Shown here one piece after another: positions 61,801 through 64,000 of a stretch of 64,000 bases of DNA. The notes below the pieces were generated by a model that was not told where the DNA came from, ran no database searches, and was given only the letters and a program-made list of their open reading frames with translations. Source of the stretch: Tubulanus polymorphus (lineage: Eukaryota; Animalia; Nemertea); NCBI RefSeq assembly GCF_964204645.1, contig NC_134029.1, positions 10,194,850-10,258,849 of the forward strand, written 5' to 3'. The number at the start of each line of letters is the position of its first letter. Within the stretch, counting starts at the first letter, position 1. The position numbers and the translations under genes are program-made.

Positions 61801-62697
61801 ATTTTCTTAGAACTGAGCATGTGATTGATTACTAGTGAACTTAAAACAAACCTTGCATATAAAAGAAAGTATTTCTGATGTCAGGTATATAATAGAGTTA
61901 TGCGATGTAACAGGCTGGCATGCAGTGGATGACACAAATCTACTGGAGGAGTGCAGAAAAACATAAATTCGAGGGTAACGGAGTTTATTCCATCAATTTA
62001 GAAAATATAATTGACATAAGGAGCTCAATCCGATTAGACAGATAGCTTTCGATCGTCGCTTCCTCGATGACTATAATATCGATGTATATGTTGGTCGATA
62101 GTACTATGACCTGGTAAAACCTGATTACTTGGAGCAGCTATTATCTTAAGCATCTTGTTTGTAATGAGATTATCCTTTCATGCTTGTCAAGGTTTCTTCA
62201 TAGCCATTAGAATCTTGTATACATCTCCATAACCAATAGGATGAGTAACCTCTATCTGCAGCTATTGGAGAAATGGTGACAGGCATAGCCGGTGATTCTG
62301 TGTGATTCCATATTTTTGGCATTGGTTCTTAGAAAGTGGTTTCCTATACGGGATCGATGTATATCGGGATCACTGACTAGAATTTGATACCCAAAAGTTT
62401 TTTATGAGCCTCCAGTATCGTTTAGAGTTTGTGCTATGATCATCAAGGTTTTGAAGAATTCTAGCATGAAAAGCCAAAACGATTTCCCGACCCACCACAG
62501 TAACCCAAACCCAGTTTTTATTACATTTATACAAACGATTTCTCGAAGTAATAGCACGTTGCACTCTATCTGCAATGCAAAGTCCGCCATTTCTTTTATG
62601 CTTGATCACCCGGTTAGGAATACAAAATTTTGAGAAACTTCGCAACTGTGAGGCACAATAATAGCCATATGAAGTTTGTAATTATGGTGGCTGATAA

Positions 62698-62954
62698 GGG
62701 CCATAGCGTAAAATTCCTGGTATTCAAATCAAGGCGCCAGAACGTCAGTACGCCAAAACGAAAAAAAGGTCCAATTTTCTCTGAAAGTCCGTTTTGGCGC
62801 CCCGAATTTTCTTTTTGAATTTTCTTTTTGTTTTGGCGCGCTTAAACGAATTTTCAAAGAAAATGAGACGGTTTTTTTTCGTTTTGGCGTTCTGGTATGA
62901 AATTCCTGGGATGCATATCAGGATATGCATACCAGGAATTTCACGCTATGGCCC
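62698..62954. mobile_element. PIF/Harbinger-like MITE
   Basis: taa|gggccatagcgtaaaattcctggtat ... ataccaggaatttcacgctatggccc|gaa. Confidence 0.75.
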
Positions 62955-64000
62955 GAATCAGCCACCATATGTAATCGTTAACAACGGTGCTTCAATCAAG
63001 TTCGTTTATAGTTTCATTGAGCATGGTCGAGTCACAAAGATCATAACTCCTGATAATTATGAGTTATCGGGTATAGGGAGTTTGACGAACAAATCGAAAG
63101 CAAAGTGCAATGATACAAAAAGCCAATTGGGGATCGATATAAAAAGAAATGAAGCCAGCAGAATCGGTCACTAAGATCAATGTATGAATTCGATCTTTGG
63201 GTTATACGAGCATGTTCACTGACGAGCTAATTTAGATTGAGGCTTTTAAGAATATCGTTAAACCCTTTTAAGAACAAGACTGCTAGGTCTATAAAGAACC
63301 GTTGTCTACCCCAACTGAAGGATTCTGTTAAATTTCTATCGGAATAGTATTTCATTACACTAAAAATCAATTCTAATGCAGAACGATTATTGAAAAGGCA
63401 CAAGCATAACGGCGCGACAATTCCCTTCAAATAGACACATTTTTTCTTTCACTTTGTATAAAGCCGTGACAAAGGCAATACCCCGCTACGTATACATTTT
63501 TGCGATGCGAAGTCGTGCACCAAAATGTCAGCAGTTGGCATCACGGAACGATTTTGAAGTGCGTGCTTGCAGGAACGAGCAGAATTTTACTTCGATTGAA
63601 TTGAAATTCAATATTGAAAATTCTACATTCTTATGGTATATTGGCATATTCGTTAGAATGTTCAAAGATTCAAACACATAAATGGAAAAACTCATAAAAT
63701 CATAGAATTTCCAATCGATTTTTCGCGAACACCGTTTCAAAAACATCACAGTACTTTAGATTATTAGGTTCCTATTGTTTTGACTCATAGCATGCGACGA
63801 TTTTAACCCAGAGCCCGATTTTGAGTCATCCTACTCCGCCATCCTGAATCTATTTCGATTATTTTTGTAAACTTTTCTTATGTCAATTTCATAGATATAA
63901 GCGAGAAGATAGTTTTACCACAAAACTCGTTTATTTCTAAAAATAATAATAAAACATTAATAAACAGTCTCCCTTCCCTCCCCCAACAGGTGGATTTTAT

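Overview
This is AT-rich, intron-containing animal genomic DNA, probably from an invertebrate; the species cannot be determined from the sequence. It holds three host genes, all on the minus strand: a Sprouty homolog (3871-4623), a multi-exon alpha-L-iduronidase (IDUA, about 34416-40900) and the kinase-domain exons of a Trk receptor (56019-58838). Most of the rest is mobile DNA. The centrepiece is an intact and apparently very young Ty3/Gypsy LTR retrotransposon (21606-29510). It has identical 192-bp LTRs, a 4-bp TSD, a tRNA-Leu-like PBS, a PPT and a -1 frameshift signal with a predicted pseudoknot. In the env position it carries a third ORF encoding a coiled-coil plus SGNH/GDSL esterase-like protein. 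The element sits inside an older solo LTR. Other mobile elements are a decayed ISL2EU-type transposon, an L1/Tx1 LINE with a long 3' extension nested in a CR1-group LINE, a Penelope fragment with a hammerhead ribozyme, and many MITEs. All coordinates and comparisons were read by eye; no searches were run.
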